In this document: positions 1 to 9,906 of the stretch, piece by piece | Layout: each line of letters begins with the position of its first letter | How positions within the stretch are numbered: the first letter of the stretch is position 1 | Assembly: GCA_021825585.1 (NCBI GenBank) | Contig: JAKAGT010000014.1 | Span: forward strand, 23,129-87,128 | Length of the DNA stretch: 64,000 nt | DNA from: Bacteroidota bacterium | GTDB taxonomy: Bacteria > Bacteroidota > Ignavibacteria > Kryptoniales > JAKASW01 | Reading direction: 5' to 3' | Translations under genes and position numbers: made by a program | Notes under the pieces: generated by a model | Told to the model about the DNA's origin: nothing | What the model saw: only the letters and a program-made list of their open reading frames with translations | Database searches by the model: none

Positions 1-2
1 AA

Positions 3-242
3 GCCGCGGCCAAGAAAGCTGCTGCAGCTGCCGCGGCGGCGGCGCAAAAGGCGGCACAGGCGGCAGTGCAACCGGCAGGAGTTCAGCCCGCAGCGGCTCA
101 GTCTGCGGCGGCCCCGGCTCAGAAGGCAGTGCCTCCCGCTCCTCCAAAACCGGAACTGGCAACTCAGGACCCGGCTTCGAAGGACGAGAAGCCGGTTAAT
201 CCCAACGAAATTAAGACTAATCCAAAGGATTCCACGGACTGA
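3..242 (+). CDS. 3' end of a CDS running off the left edge, with an Ala/Lys/Gln/Pro-rich low-complexity tail (possibly NuoI by position)
   Basis: Frame 3 is open from the window edge to TGA at 240-242 (AAAKKAAAAAAAAAQKAAQAAVQPAG...NEIKTNPKDSTD*). The stop lies 1 nt before the nuoJ ATG. Identity is positional inference only. Confidence 0.4.
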   Translation, partial: AAAKKAAAAAAAAAQKAAQAAVQPAGVQPAAAQSAAAPAQKAVPPAPPKPELATQDPASKDEKPVNPNEIKTNPKDSTD

Positions 243-243
243 A

Positions 244-750
244 ATGAACTGGTATAATATAGTCTTCTACGCGTTCGCTGCGCTAACGGTAATCAGCGCA
301 ATAGGCGTCGTATTCTCCAGAAGCATTCTCTATGCGGCTTTCTCGCTCCTGTTTACCTTCTTCGGAGTCGCCGCACTATACGTCCTCCTATCGGCGGATT
401 TTATCGCGATAACGCAGATACTCCTTTACGTCGGCGGAATACTGGTGCTGATAATATTCGGTATCATGCTCACTTCCCGTGCAAACAACGTCGAAGTCAA
501 ACGCAGAGCCTTCCAGCTGGTGCCTGCCGTTCTCGTCGTCGGCGTTATCGCCGGCACTCTGATCGGGGTGCTGACTACGACAAACTGGCCCACAGCAAAT
601 TTCCTCCCATACGAGGACACCGCGCGTCCGATCGGAGCGCTGCTGATGACGCAATTCGTACTTCCGTTTGAGCTGGCATCCATTCTTCTTCTTGTGGCAC
701 TGATCGGCGCTGTGATCATTGCACGCCGCGAGAAAGGAAAGAGAGCTTAA
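244..750 (+). CDS. nuoJ: NADH-quinone oxidoreductase subunit J
   Basis: 168-aa polytopic membrane protein, first of a J-K-L-M-N series, with a typical NuoJ N-terminus (FYAFAALTVISAIGVV). Confidence 0.9.
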   Translation: MNWYNIVFYAFAALTVISAIGVVFSRSILYAAFSLLFTFFGVAALYVLLSADFIAITQILLYVGGILVLIIFGIMLTSRANNVEVKRRAFQLVPAVLVVGVIAGTLIGVLTTTNWPTANFLPYEDTARPIGALLMTQFVLPFELASILLLVALIGAVIIARREKGKRA

Positions 751-751
751 G

Positions 752-1066
752 ATGATACCTAACGTAGGCTTGACTCAATTTCTTGTCGTCAGTGCGATAT
801 TGTTCGCACTCGGCATCTACGGCGTGATAACGAGAAAGAACGCCATTATGGTTTTGATGGGTATCGAGCTGATCCTGAACTCAGCCAACATAAATTTCAT
901 CGCGTTCACGCGGTTCGGACTCATGAATCTCACGGGACAGGTTATCGCAATATTCGTGATCATCCTCGCGGCAGCTGAGGCGGCGATACTACTCGCGATC
1001 GTGCTGAATATCTATCAGCAGCTCAACACTGTCAACGTCGACGAAGTTGATAAACTAAAGAATTGA
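752..1066 (+). CDS. nuoK: NADH-quinone oxidoreductase subunit K
   Basis: ATG at 752 follows the nuoJ TAA (748-750) by 1 nt and has an upstream GAAAGGAAAGAG. The roughly 104-aa 3-TM protein (MIPNVGLTQFLVVSAILFALGIYGV..) is NuoK-like. The ORF-track start at 719 overlaps nuoJ and is unlikely. Confidence 0.9.
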   Translation: MIPNVGLTQFLVVSAILFALGIYGVITRKNAIMVLMGIELILNSANINFIAFTRFGLMNLTGQVIAIFVIILAAAEAAILLAIVLNIYQQLNTVNVDEVDKLKN

Positions 1067-1088
1067 GTGTCTAAAGGATTCTGAGGAA

Positions 1089-3209
1089 ATGATGTCTCCA
1101 ATCGATAGCACTTTGATACACTTAGCCATAGCAGTCTTGATCCTCCCGCTTGTCGGTTTTGTCCTGCTGATATTTTTCGGCAAGAGAATCCCGCGACAGG
1201 ATTTGTTAGAGACGGGAATCTTGTTCCTTGTGCTGGCATTTTCGATTTACATAATGGTGCAGAAGGTCTTTTTCATGACCGAGCCGAGAATCGACCTTAC
1301 ATTCAGATGGATCGATCTCGGTAATTTCTTCGGCGGCAGGAGCTTCCCGATAGACCTCGGTATAGCGATCGACAACATCACGGCGATCATGCTCGTGGTC
1401 GTTACATTGATAAGCGCTCTAGTGCATCTTTTCTCGCTGGCCTACATGCACGATGATGTCAGGTATTCGCGGTACTATGCGTACCTCGGGTTGTTCACAT
1501 TCTCGATGCTGGGCATCGTCCTCGCCAACAACATTCTGATGGTCTACGTGTTCTGGGAGCTCGTCGGATTGAGCTCATACCTCCTTATCGGCCACTGGTA
1601 CGAGAAGAAATCTGCCAGCGATGCGGGCAAAAAGGCGTTTATCGTGAACCGCGTCGGCGATGTCGGGTTCTTCATCGGAATTTTGATTATCTACTCGACC
1701 CTGCATACTTTCCTGTTTACGGGAATTTTCAGCGGGATCGCGCAGGGGCAGCTGTCGGGATCACTCCTGACGGTCGCCGGGATTCTGATATTCTGCGGCG
1801 CAGTGGGCAAGTCCGCTCAATTCCCTCTGCATGTCTGGCTTCCTGACGCTATGGAAGGCCCTACTCCCGTCAGTGCACTGATTCATGCCGCGACGATGGT
1901 TGCGGCCGGAGTTTACCTGGTCGCGCGCGTCTATCCGATGCTTACCGCGGGGGCTTTGACGGTCATCGCCTATATCGGGGCTATCACCGCTTTCATCAGC
2001 GCGACAATCGCCATCACACAGAACGACATTAAGAAGGTACTTGCTTATTCGACCATCAGCCAGCTCGGCTACATGGTGATGGGACTCGGCGTCGGAGCAT
2101 TTTCTGCCGGTGTGTTTCATCTGGTAACGCACGCCGCCTTCAAAGCGGGGTTGTTCCTCGGTTCCGGCTCGGTCATCTACGCGATGCACCATGAGCAGGA
2201 TATGAGGCAGATGGGTGGCCTCCGGAAAAAGATGCCGATCACTTACCTGGCCTTTGTAATATTCACCCTTTCAATCTCGGGTATACCATTTACCTCAGGG
2301 TTTCTGAGCAAAGACAGCATACTTGCTGGCGCGTTCACGTACGGAGTGCTCACGGGGAACATACTCATCCCGATAATCGGCTACACCGTGGTCTTCCTGA
2401 CGGCTTTCTATATGTTCAGGCTGATTATCATGACTTTCCACGGCGAGCCGCGCGACCATCACAAGTACGAGCATACAAAGGAATCTCCGGCTGTCATGAC
2501 TATTCCCCTGATAGTGCTCGCGGCTCTCTCACTGTTCGTGTTCTACAGCTTCAACCCCTTCAATCCGGAACAGGGATGGTTCCTGCATTCGGTCGTCCAG
2601 CCGGAAACCGTCGTCCCCGTCGCACAGCGCTACACGTGGGAGCAGTCGACCGTACCCCAGGACTCGGTAAACCTGGCAGCCGTCGCTTCCGTGGTCCCCG
2701 CCGGCGTAAATCCCGAACCTGCATCGCCGATGTACGAAGAAGTCATGGAGGAAACCCATTATACGGGTTTGGCCATATCGCTGACGCTCGCAGTACTCGG
2801 ACTCCTGGCAGCGTTTGTAGTGTATCAATGGAAGAAGATCGATGCGGAGAAACTGAAACAGAGGGTAAAACCGGTTTACACATTCCTGTATAACAAGTGG
2901 TACTTCGACGAACTTTACGGTGCGACGGCTGTGGCCGGTACGCTGGCGGTAAGCAGGGCGCTTTCATGGTTCGACGGTCATGTCATCGACGGAATCGTAA
3001 ACGGTGCGGCAACTCTGACTCGCGTCTGGTCTACGCTAAGCGGCAAGTTCGATCATTATGTGGTCGATGGCCTCGTCAATTTTTCCGGATGGTTTGCGGG
3101 ATTTCTCGGAAAGGGCGCCCGCAAAGCGCAGACCGGCAAGGTTCAAACATATATAGTCTTCGCCCTGTTGGGTGTCATAATATTGTTTTTTGCATTCAGG
3201 TCGTTTTGA
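1089..3209 (+). CDS. nuoL: NADH-quinone oxidoreductase subunit L
   Basis: 706 aa with antiporter-like motifs (WELVGLSSYLLIGHW, SAQFPLHVWLPDAMEGPTPVSALIHAATMV) and a C-terminal lateral-helix region. GAGGAA precedes the ATGATG start. Confidence 0.95.
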   Translation: MMSPIDSTLIHLAIAVLILPLVGFVLLIFFGKRIPRQDLLETGILFLVLAFSIYIMVQKVFFMTEPRIDLTFRWIDLGNFFGGRSFPIDLGIAIDNITAIMLVVVTLISALVHLFSLAYMHDDVRYSRYYAYLGLFTFSMLGIVLANNILMVYVFWELVGLSSYLLIGHWYEKKSASDAGKKAFIVNRVGDVGFFIGILIIYSTLHTFLFTGIFSGIAQGQLSGSLLTVAGILIFCGAVGKSAQFPLHVWLPDAMEGPTPVSALIHAATMVAAGVYLVARVYPMLTAGALTVIAYIGAITAFISATIAITQNDIKKVLAYSTISQLGYMVMGLGVGAFSAGVFHLVTHAAFKAGLFLGSGSVIYAMHHEQDMRQMGGLRKKMPITYLAFVIFTLSISGIPFTSGFLSKDSILAGAFTYGVLTGNILIPIIGYTVVFLTAFYMFRLIIMTFHGEPRDHHKYEHTKESPAVMTIPLIVLAALSLFVFYSFNPFNPEQGWFLHSVVQPETVVPVAQRYTWEQSTVPQDSVNLAAVASVVPAGVNPEPASPMYEEVMEETHYTGLAISLTLAVLGLLAAFVVYQWKKIDAEKLKQRVKPVYTFLYNKWYFDELYGATAVAGTLAVSRALSWFDGHVIDGIVNGAATLTRVWSTLSGKFDHYVVDGLVNFSGWFAGFLGKGARKAQTGKVQTYIVFALLGVIILFFAFRSF

Positions 3210-3273
3210 AAAACAGCTACACTGTGAATTTTAAATCGAGAATTGAGAATTTAGAAATATCATTGGAGGAATA

Positions 3274-4878
3274 ATGCAGTATCAATTCCTTGGAATTGGG
3301 TATCTGACGTGGATTACTTTTCTGCCTATCTTGGGAATGATAGTGGTTCTGCTCATCCCGAGAGCGAGTACAAATGCGATGAAATGGACGGCGCTGGGAG
3401 CTACAATATTGCAGCTCGTATTTGCGGCGCTGATCTGGATCAATTTCAACCCGGCCCTCACCGGCATAAACGACGTTAGCAAATTCCAGTTTGTCGAGAA
3501 GGCAACGTGGATTAATCTTCAGGGAGTGGGCTGGTTCGGACATGTGGTGATCGAGTACTTCCTGGGTATCGACGGGCTGAGTCTTCCAATGATCGTCCTG
3601 ACGTCGCTGATCTCCTTCGTCGGTGTGGTTGCGTCCTGGAACATCAACAAGGCCCAGAAGGGGTACTTTGCGCTTTACCTCCTGCTCGACACGGGTATGA
3701 TGGGCGTGTTTGTTGCGCTCGACATGTTCCTTTTCTACATGTTCTGGGAAATCATGCTTCTCCCGATGTACTTCCTCATCGGAATTTGGGGAGGTCCGAG
3801 GCGGGAATATGCTGCCATCAAGTTTTTTCTCTATACTCTGCTCGGGTCCGTCCTGATACTTCTTGTCATGCTTGCCCTCTACTTCAGCGTAAGCATCAAA
3901 GATCCGGTAACCGGCCAGATGACGCATACGTTCAATATGCTGGCAATGATGAACCCGGCCAACTACGATCCCAACTCCATTCTCGGCGGGATCGGGACAT
4001 ACTGGAGGGACGTGGCGTTCATCGCCCTGTTCATAGGCTTTGCCATCAAGGTGCCGATTTTCCCGTTCCACACATGGCTTCCGGACGCACACGTCGAAGC
4101 GCCGACCGCAATCAGCGTCATCCTGGCGGGCGTGCTGCTGAAGATGGGAACTTACGGGTTCCTCAGGATCAGCTTTCCGATTTTCCCTGATGCCATGCTG
4201 AAGTACGCATTCCCTCTGGCAATCTTAGGCTTTATAAATATCGTCTATGGCGCGCTCTGTGCGATGGCACAGACCGATTTCAAGAAACTTATCGCCTATT
4301 CCAGCATCAGCCACATGGGCGTCGTTCTCCTGGGCATCGCGGCGATGAATACGCAGGGAGTATCCGGCGGCGTGCTGCAGATGTTCAACCACGGCGTAGT
4401 GACTGCAATGCTCTTCCTTGTAGTCGGCGTGATTTACGACAGGGCGCACACGCGCGGCGTGAACGATTTCGGCGGACTCGCGAACCAGATGCCTGTCTAC
4501 ACCGGGATCATGACGGTGGCTTTCTTCGCGGCAATCGGGCTGCCGGGTCTCAGCGAGTTTGTGAGCGAGATGCTCTCCTATCTCGGAGCGTTCCAGACGT
4601 TCCAGTGGGTCACGATCTTCGCCAGCATCGGAATTCTCCTGACGGCGGGCTACATGCTCTGGACTTTGCAACGGGTGTTCCTTGGCCAGCTCCCTGAGAA
4701 ATGGAAGGGCCTTCCCGACGTAAACGGCAGAGAACTTGTGGCTTTTGTCCCGCTTATGGTCGTAGTTATTCTGCTCGGCATCTTCCCGTCGATTCTTCTC
4801 CACCCGATGAACGCCTCCCTGGATCATCTGGTCGATTTCGTTCACAGGGTGGGAACCGGCTTGACTGCCGTAAAGTAA
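3274..4878 (+). CDS. nuoM: NADH-quinone oxidoreductase subunit M
   Basis: 534 aa, antiporter-like (FPFHTWLPDAHVEAPTAISVILAGVLLKMG). GGAGG Shine-Dalgarno upstream. Confidence 0.95.
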   Translation: MQYQFLGIGYLTWITFLPILGMIVVLLIPRASTNAMKWTALGATILQLVFAALIWINFNPALTGINDVSKFQFVEKATWINLQGVGWFGHVVIEYFLGIDGLSLPMIVLTSLISFVGVVASWNINKAQKGYFALYLLLDTGMMGVFVALDMFLFYMFWEIMLLPMYFLIGIWGGPRREYAAIKFFLYTLLGSVLILLVMLALYFSVSIKDPVTGQMTHTFNMLAMMNPANYDPNSILGGIGTYWRDVAFIALFIGFAIKVPIFPFHTWLPDAHVEAPTAISVILAGVLLKMGTYGFLRISFPIFPDAMLKYAFPLAILGFINIVYGALCAMAQTDFKKLIAYSSISHMGVVLLGIAAMNTQGVSGGVLQMFNHGVVTAMLFLVVGVIYDRAHTRGVNDFGGLANQMPVYTGIMTVAFFAAIGLPGLSEFVSEMLSYLGAFQTFQWVTIFASIGILLTAGYMLWTLQRVFLGQLPEKWKGLPDVNGRELVAFVPLMVVVILLGIFPSILLHPMNASLDHLVDFVHRVGTGLTAVK

Positions 4879-4900
4879 AAGATAAGGATGTATTTATAAG

Positions 4901-6397
4901 ATGGCACAGACCATATACGAGAGTTTCGGCTACCTTCTCCCCGAAACCATGCTTTCGATCTTCTTCATTCTTACGCTCATGACCGCCCTGGTCGGCAAGA
5001 GGCGGAGCAAATACCTCCCTGCTTATATGGCTCTGCTCGGAATCGTGCTCGCCGGCATCTTTGTCTTCAGGCAGATAGGCGTCGACGAACTTGTCTTCAG
5101 CGGGATGTACGCGGTAGATCCTTTCAGCTGGTTCTTCAAGGTCATCTTCCTGGCTACAGGAATCCTGATAATACTGTTTTCACTGCAGAGTCGCGAGCTC
5201 GATGCGGTAGCTACCAAGTATCCCGAATATTTCAGCCTGATCCTGGCTCTAACCATCGGTGCGTTCTTCATGGCGGGTTCATCCAACCTGCTGATGATGT
5301 ATCTGTCGCTCGAGCTGGTAAGCATTTCCTCTTACATCCTTTCTGGCTTCACGAAGGAGAATGCCCGCGCCGACGAAGCGTCTTTGAAGTACGTGATTTA
5401 CGGCGCGTTCTCATCCGGCTTGATGCTCTATGGCATCTCGCTTATCTACGGCATGACGGGCGAAACGAATCTTTACGCCATGAACCAGGCCATCGCGGTC
5501 GGAAACATACCCAGGATCACAATGCTGATTGCAGTAATTCTCATGCTCGTCGGCCTCGGCTACAAGATCAGCGCAGTGCCTTTCCACTTCTGGACCCCGG
5601 ACGTTTATGAGGGCGCTCCGATAACGGTGACCGCCTTCCTGTCGGTCACGTCCAAGGCGGCAGGATTCGCGATGCTGATGAGATTTTTCAAGATAGGTTT
5701 TATTGATTTGACGGCGGCACCTGCTATGGCAGGGATGTGGGGCATCTTCAAAGGTCTGAACTGGACCGATATCATAGCGGTTCTATCGGTGCTCACGATG
5801 TCCGTCGGCAACCTTGTGGCGCTCTGGCAGTCGAACATGAAGCGCCTCCTCGCATATTCCAGCATAGCGCACGCAGGCTACATCCTCATGGGCTTCGTGA
5901 CCCTGACCAACCAGGGGATGTCTGCAATGCTGCTCTACTTCGTTGCTTATCTCCTGATGAATCTGGGCGCCTTCTATGTCGTTATGCTTATTGCGAATAA
6001 GTATCACACCGAGAATATCGAGGACTACAGGGGACTCGGCTACCGCTCCCCTTACGCGGCGTTCGCGCTGACGGTGTTTCTGTTCTCGTTAACCGGTATC
6101 CCGCCGACGTTCGGGTTTATCGGGAAATTCTATCTCTTCTCTGCGCTGATAAGCACGCACTATATCTGGCTGGCGATAGTCGGCGTTATCAACAGCGTCG
6201 TGTCGCTTTACTACTATGCCAAGGTCGTCCGCAATATGTACCTTGTCGAACCGATTGAGAAGTCGAGGATCGAATTCGATTTCGGGAGCAATCTTCTGAT
6301 GACGCTGCTCGTCGTTCCCAACATCGCATTGATGCTTTACTTCACGCCTGTACTTAGCTGGGCGCAGTATTCGGTGACGATGTTCGGCCTGCGCTGA
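4901..6397 (+). CDS. nuoN: NADH-quinone oxidoreductase subunit N
   Basis: 498 aa, antiporter-like (VPFHFWTPDVYEGAPITVTAFLSV). Last gene of the nuo series. Confidence 0.95.
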   Translation: MAQTIYESFGYLLPETMLSIFFILTLMTALVGKRRSKYLPAYMALLGIVLAGIFVFRQIGVDELVFSGMYAVDPFSWFFKVIFLATGILIILFSLQSRELDAVATKYPEYFSLILALTIGAFFMAGSSNLLMMYLSLELVSISSYILSGFTKENARADEASLKYVIYGAFSSGLMLYGISLIYGMTGETNLYAMNQAIAVGNIPRITMLIAVILMLVGLGYKISAVPFHFWTPDVYEGAPITVTAFLSVTSKAAGFAMLMRFFKIGFIDLTAAPAMAGMWGIFKGLNWTDIIAVLSVLTMSVGNLVALWQSNMKRLLAYSSIAHAGYILMGFVTLTNQGMSAMLLYFVAYLLMNLGAFYVVMLIANKYHTENIEDYRGLGYRSPYAAFALTVFLFSLTGIPPTFGFIGKFYLFSALISTHYIWLAIVGVINSVVSLYYYAKVVRNMYLVEPIEKSRIEFDFGSNLLMTLLVVPNIALMLYFTPVLSWAQYSVTMFGLR

Positions 6398-6468
6398 ACC
6401 GCTATAGCTGCCCGCCGGGATTGGAATGAAAGCGGACGGAAGCCTCAGAAATATTCTTTACCATCCAT

Positions 6469-6500
6469 AAAAAAAGTCCCGCCGAAGAGCGGGACTTTTT
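6469..6500. terminator. Bidirectional intrinsic terminator between convergent nuoN and rpsU
   Basis: AAAAAGTCCCGC-CGAAGA-GCGGGACTTTTT. GC stem at 6476-6482/6489-6495, flanked by an A-run on one side and a T-run on the other. Confidence 0.75.
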
Positions 6501-6505
6501 CCGTA

Positions 6506-6700
6506 TCAACCGAGTTCCGATGCAAGCTTCTGGTTGCGCCTTATAGCCTTAACGCGCTTCATACGCTTGCGAACTGAAGGCTTCGTGAAGTATGTTCGCT
6601 TCTTGAATTCTTTCAGAATTCCCGAACGCTCGTACTTCTTCTTGAAGCGCCTCAGAGCTCTGTCGATCGGCTCATTTTCCTGAACCATGACGCCGACCAA
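6506..6700 (-). CDS. rpsU: 30S ribosomal protein S21
   Basis: 64 aa, (M)VGVMVQENEPIDRALRRFKKKYERSGIL. This aligns residue-for-residue with the E. coli S21 N-terminus. TTG start with GGAAGGTGA Shine-Dalgarno. Confidence 0.9.
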   Translation of the reverse strand: MVGVMVQENEPIDRALRRFKKKYERSGILKEFKKRTYFTKPSVRKRMKRVKAIRRNQKLASELG

Positions 6701-6911
6701 TCAAATCACCTTCCTTCGTTTTAAATGAGCTTTCGTAAATTACGCACCGGGAGCCGGAAAAACAAGGTTCGAATCCCCGCGAGGAGACGTCCTCCGTAAC
6801 GTTTGTATGCCGCTATCAACCGGGCTGAATATTTGTCGAAATAATCCGGCCGACTCCTCAAAAACGATGAAAATACAACCCCTGATGCTTATATTTCGTT
6901 ATTGAGAGGCC

Positions 6912-7760
6912 ATGCTATCTTCCACTTGCACATATAAACTCGGCGAGAGTTTGATCGAGTTCGGAACCCGAACGTATCTCATGGGCATCCTGAACGTGAC
7001 GCCCGACTCTTTCTCCGACGGCGGAAGGTTTTTCGACCAGACGGACGCAGTCCTGCACGGCTTTCAGATGGTGAAGGATGGTGCCGACATGATCGACGTC
7101 GGCGGCGAGTCGACCAGGCCGGGTGCCGAGTACGTTCCGGCTGACGAGGAAATACGCAGGGTGGTTCCCGTGATCCGGAAAATCCGGCAGAAGACGAGTG
7201 TTCCTGTATCGATCGACACTTACAAATCCGAAGTCGCGAAGGCCGCCCTGGAAGCGGGGGCGACCATTGTAAATGATATCAGCGGTTTGCATTTTGATGA
7301 GAAGATGGCGGAAGTCATAGCCGAGCACAGCGCTTCGGTTGTAATAATGCATATAAAAGGAACGCCTAAGGATATGCAGACCAACCCGGAATATGACGAC
7401 GTCGTGCGGGAAGTTTACGATTATCTTTCGAAGTCGGTGGAATCTGCGAGCAACAGCGGAATAAAACAGATAATGATAGATCCGGGCATCGGTTTCGGCA
7501 AGACAGCAAATCACAATCTCGAGCTACTGAACCGTCTCGAAGAGTTCAGGGGCATCGGCGTCCCGATCTTAATCGGTGTATCAAGGAAGTCGTTTATCGG
7601 GAAGATCCTGGACACTCCGGTGGATGCGCGGCTGGAAGGGACAGCGGCCGCAGTGACCGCGAGCATACTGCATGGCGCCGACATCGTCCGTGTTCATGAC
7701 GTGCGCGAAATGCGGCGCGTCGCGCGCGTCGCCGATGCGATACGGAGACAAAGGGTTTAA
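6912..7760 (+). CDS. folP: Dihydropteroate synthase
   Basis: 282 aa with GILNVTPDSFSDGG, DVGGESTRPG and VNDISG motifs. Confidence 0.9.
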   Translation: MLSSTCTYKLGESLIEFGTRTYLMGILNVTPDSFSDGGRFFDQTDAVLHGFQMVKDGADMIDVGGESTRPGAEYVPADEEIRRVVPVIRKIRQKTSVPVSIDTYKSEVAKAALEAGATIVNDISGLHFDEKMAEVIAEHSASVVIMHIKGTPKDMQTNPEYDDVVREVYDYLSKSVESASNSGIKQIMIDPGIGFGKTANHNLELLNRLEEFRGIGVPILIGVSRKSFIGKILDTPVDARLEGTAAAVTASILHGADIVRVHDVREMRRVARVADAIRRQRV

Positions 7761-8575
7761 TGGAACTCTTCCACATCGGTTTCATCACGGTCTCCGTAAT
7801 AGACATCCTGGACATCGGGATCGTGGCGTTCATATTCTACAAGCTGTATCAGGTTATGCGCGGGACGGTGGCTGCCCAGATTTTTATCGGGCTGCTGATG
7901 ATCCTCGCGCTGTCGTTTGCCGCTCAGGCACTCGGTATGCGGGCCCTCGGGTGGCTTCTCGGGACGCTGACGAACATCTGGGTTATCGCGTTTATCGTCC
8001 TCTTTCAGCCGGAGCTGAGAAGGCTTTTCCTTTATTTCGGGAAAAACAGCTTCGTGAGGTTCTTCATACACATCGACATAAGCGAGACCGTGGACGAAGT
8101 GGCTGACGCGGCCGCGGAACTCAGCAACAGACAGCACGGCGCGTTGATAGTCATTGCCCGCACCGGGGCGCTCCGGACGATAATCGAGACCGGTGAGGAG
8201 ATTCGCGCCAAGGTTTCGAAGGAATTGTTGGTCTCGATATTCAACCCGAAGGCTCCATTGCACGACGGTGCCGTAGTAATCCGCGGCGAGTCTATTGAAG
8301 CTGCAAGATGCACGCTTCCTCTCAGTTCGACCACGAAGATCAGCGGTTATGTCCTTGGCATGCGTCACCGTGCCGGGATCGGAGTATCGGAGCAATCGGA
8401 CGCGTTGGTGGTGATAGTCTCGGAAGAGACGGGAACCATCTCGATCGCGGAAGACGGCATATTGTCGCGCGGACTTTCTCCTGAGGGACTCAGACGCAGG
8501 TTGAAAGAAACCCTACCCAGCCCTTCCCAGAAGGGGGCGCGGTCGATCTTCAAGCGCACGGCAGAGGATGCCTAA
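7760..8575 (+). CDS. cdaA: Diadenylate cyclase (c-di-AMP synthase), membrane-anchored CdaA type
   Basis: 271 aa with three N-terminal TM helices and a DAC domain carrying DGA (PLHDGAVVI) and RHR (GMRHRAGIG) motifs. TAATG overlap with folP. Confidence 0.85.
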   Translation: MELFHIGFITVSVIDILDIGIVAFIFYKLYQVMRGTVAAQIFIGLLMILALSFAAQALGMRALGWLLGTLTNIWVIAFIVLFQPELRRLFLYFGKNSFVRFFIHIDISETVDEVADAAAELSNRQHGALIVIARTGALRTIIETGEEIRAKVSKELLVSIFNPKAPLHDGAVVIRGESIEAARCTLPLSSTTKISGYVLGMRHRAGIGVSEQSDALVVIVSEETGTISIAEDGILSRGLSPEGLRRRLKETLPSPSQKGARSIFKRTAEDA

Positions 8576-9227
8576 GGTCGCGGTCGCCATCCCTGCTCAC
8601 AACGCCGCGAACTCAATCGGTGAAGTGATATCGCAGGTGGCGCGTTTCGTGTCTCCCGGCGACATCTTCGTTGTCGACGACGGCTCCTCCGATCAGACAG
8701 ATTTGGTTGCTCGCGGGCATGGGGTCTGGCTGCTTCGACATTCGAAAAAGCGGGGAAAAGGCTCCGCACTCCGCGACGCTGCCGGTAAGATACTCGAGCT
8801 CGATTACGAAGCGGTGATTACTTTAGATTCCGATTTACAACACGACCCGGCTGAGATTCCTTTATTTATTGCCGCGTCCGGCGATTTTGACGTGGTTATA
8901 GGAAAGCGGACGATCTCGGTCGGCAACATGCCGCTCCACCGGTACCTGTCCAATTCAATAACGACCAGGCTGATTTCCATGAGGACTGGAGTCAGGATTG
9001 AAGACAGCCAGTGCGGCTACAGGCTTTACAAGACGAGAGTCTTGAAGGCAGTTCATTCGGACTGCAATCATTACGATTACGAATCCGACCTTCTGATAAA
9101 GGCGGCCTTGGCGGGTTTTAGGGTCGGTTTCGTGCCGATTAAAACTATCTACAACGATTCGAAGAGCGGAATGCGGACGATCGACATCCTGCGCTTCATA
9201 AAAGTCTATCTGAGATCATTCTTCTGA
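8568..9227 (+). CDS. Family-2 glycosyltransferase (polyprenol-phosphate sugar synthase-like)
   Basis: 219 aa with AIPAHNAANSI, VVDDGSSDQT and DSDLQHDP (DxD) motifs. 8-nt overlap with cdaA. Confidence 0.7.
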   Translation: MPKVAVAIPAHNAANSIGEVISQVARFVSPGDIFVVDDGSSDQTDLVARGHGVWLLRHSKKRGKGSALRDAAGKILELDYEAVITLDSDLQHDPAEIPLFIAASGDFDVVIGKRTISVGNMPLHRYLSNSITTRLISMRTGVRIEDSQCGYRLYKTRVLKAVHSDCNHYDYESDLLIKAALAGFRVGFVPIKTIYNDSKSGMRTIDILRFIKVYLRSFF

Positions 9228-9231
9228 TATT

Positions 9232-9906
9232 ATGATAAAAACTAAACTGCTCGATAAATACGCCGATGCCCGGGCGGAAATGATCCTTCTGCTAAAGGAG
9301 CGCGGGATTGCCGACGAAAGCGTGCTGAAGGCGATGTCCGAAGTCGAGAGACACCTGTTTATCCCACTTCCCCTGCGCAACCATGCATACGACGATGCGG
9401 CACTCCCGATCGGCGAGGGGCAGACTATCTCTCAGCCGTACACCGTTGCCATTATGACAGAAGAGCTGCACGTCAAAGAACTCGACAAGGTGCTCGAGAT
9501 TGGAACGGGGAGCGGCTATCAGACGGCCATCCTGGCGGCCATGGGTATAAGGGTGTTCACGATCGAGAGGCTCCCGGGTTTGCTCAAAACGGCGAAGCAG
9601 GTACTGGAAAGTCTCAACGTACGGTTCGTTTCCAAGATGAGCGACGGTACGATCGGGTGGCGCGAGTTTTCCCCTTTTGACGGGATACTCGTAACGGCAG
9701 GTGCACCGGAAATACCGAAGCCGCTGATCGAGCAGCTTAAAGTGGGCGGCAAGTTAGTCATACCGGTCGGCTCGCAGGACTTCCAGCAGATGAAGATTGT
9801 GACCAAAGTTGACGAGAACAACCGGTGCGAAATAATCGACAAGGCCGATTTCAAATTCGTACCGCTGATAGGCAAGGAAGGGTGGCACGAAGACGATAGC
9901 AGGTAG
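9232..9906 (+). CDS. pcm: Protein-L-isoaspartate O-methyltransferase
   Basis: 224 aa with GEGQTISQPYTVA and the SAM motif LEIGTGSGYQTAILA. Confidence 0.9.
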   Translation: MIKTKLLDKYADARAEMILLLKERGIADESVLKAMSEVERHLFIPLPLRNHAYDDAALPIGEGQTISQPYTVAIMTEELHVKELDKVLEIGTGSGYQTAILAAMGIRVFTIERLPGLLKTAKQVLESLNVRFVSKMSDGTIGWREFSPFDGILVTAGAPEIPKPLIEQLKVGGKLVIPVGSQDFQQMKIVTKVDENNRCEIIDKADFKFVPLIGKEGWHEDDSR

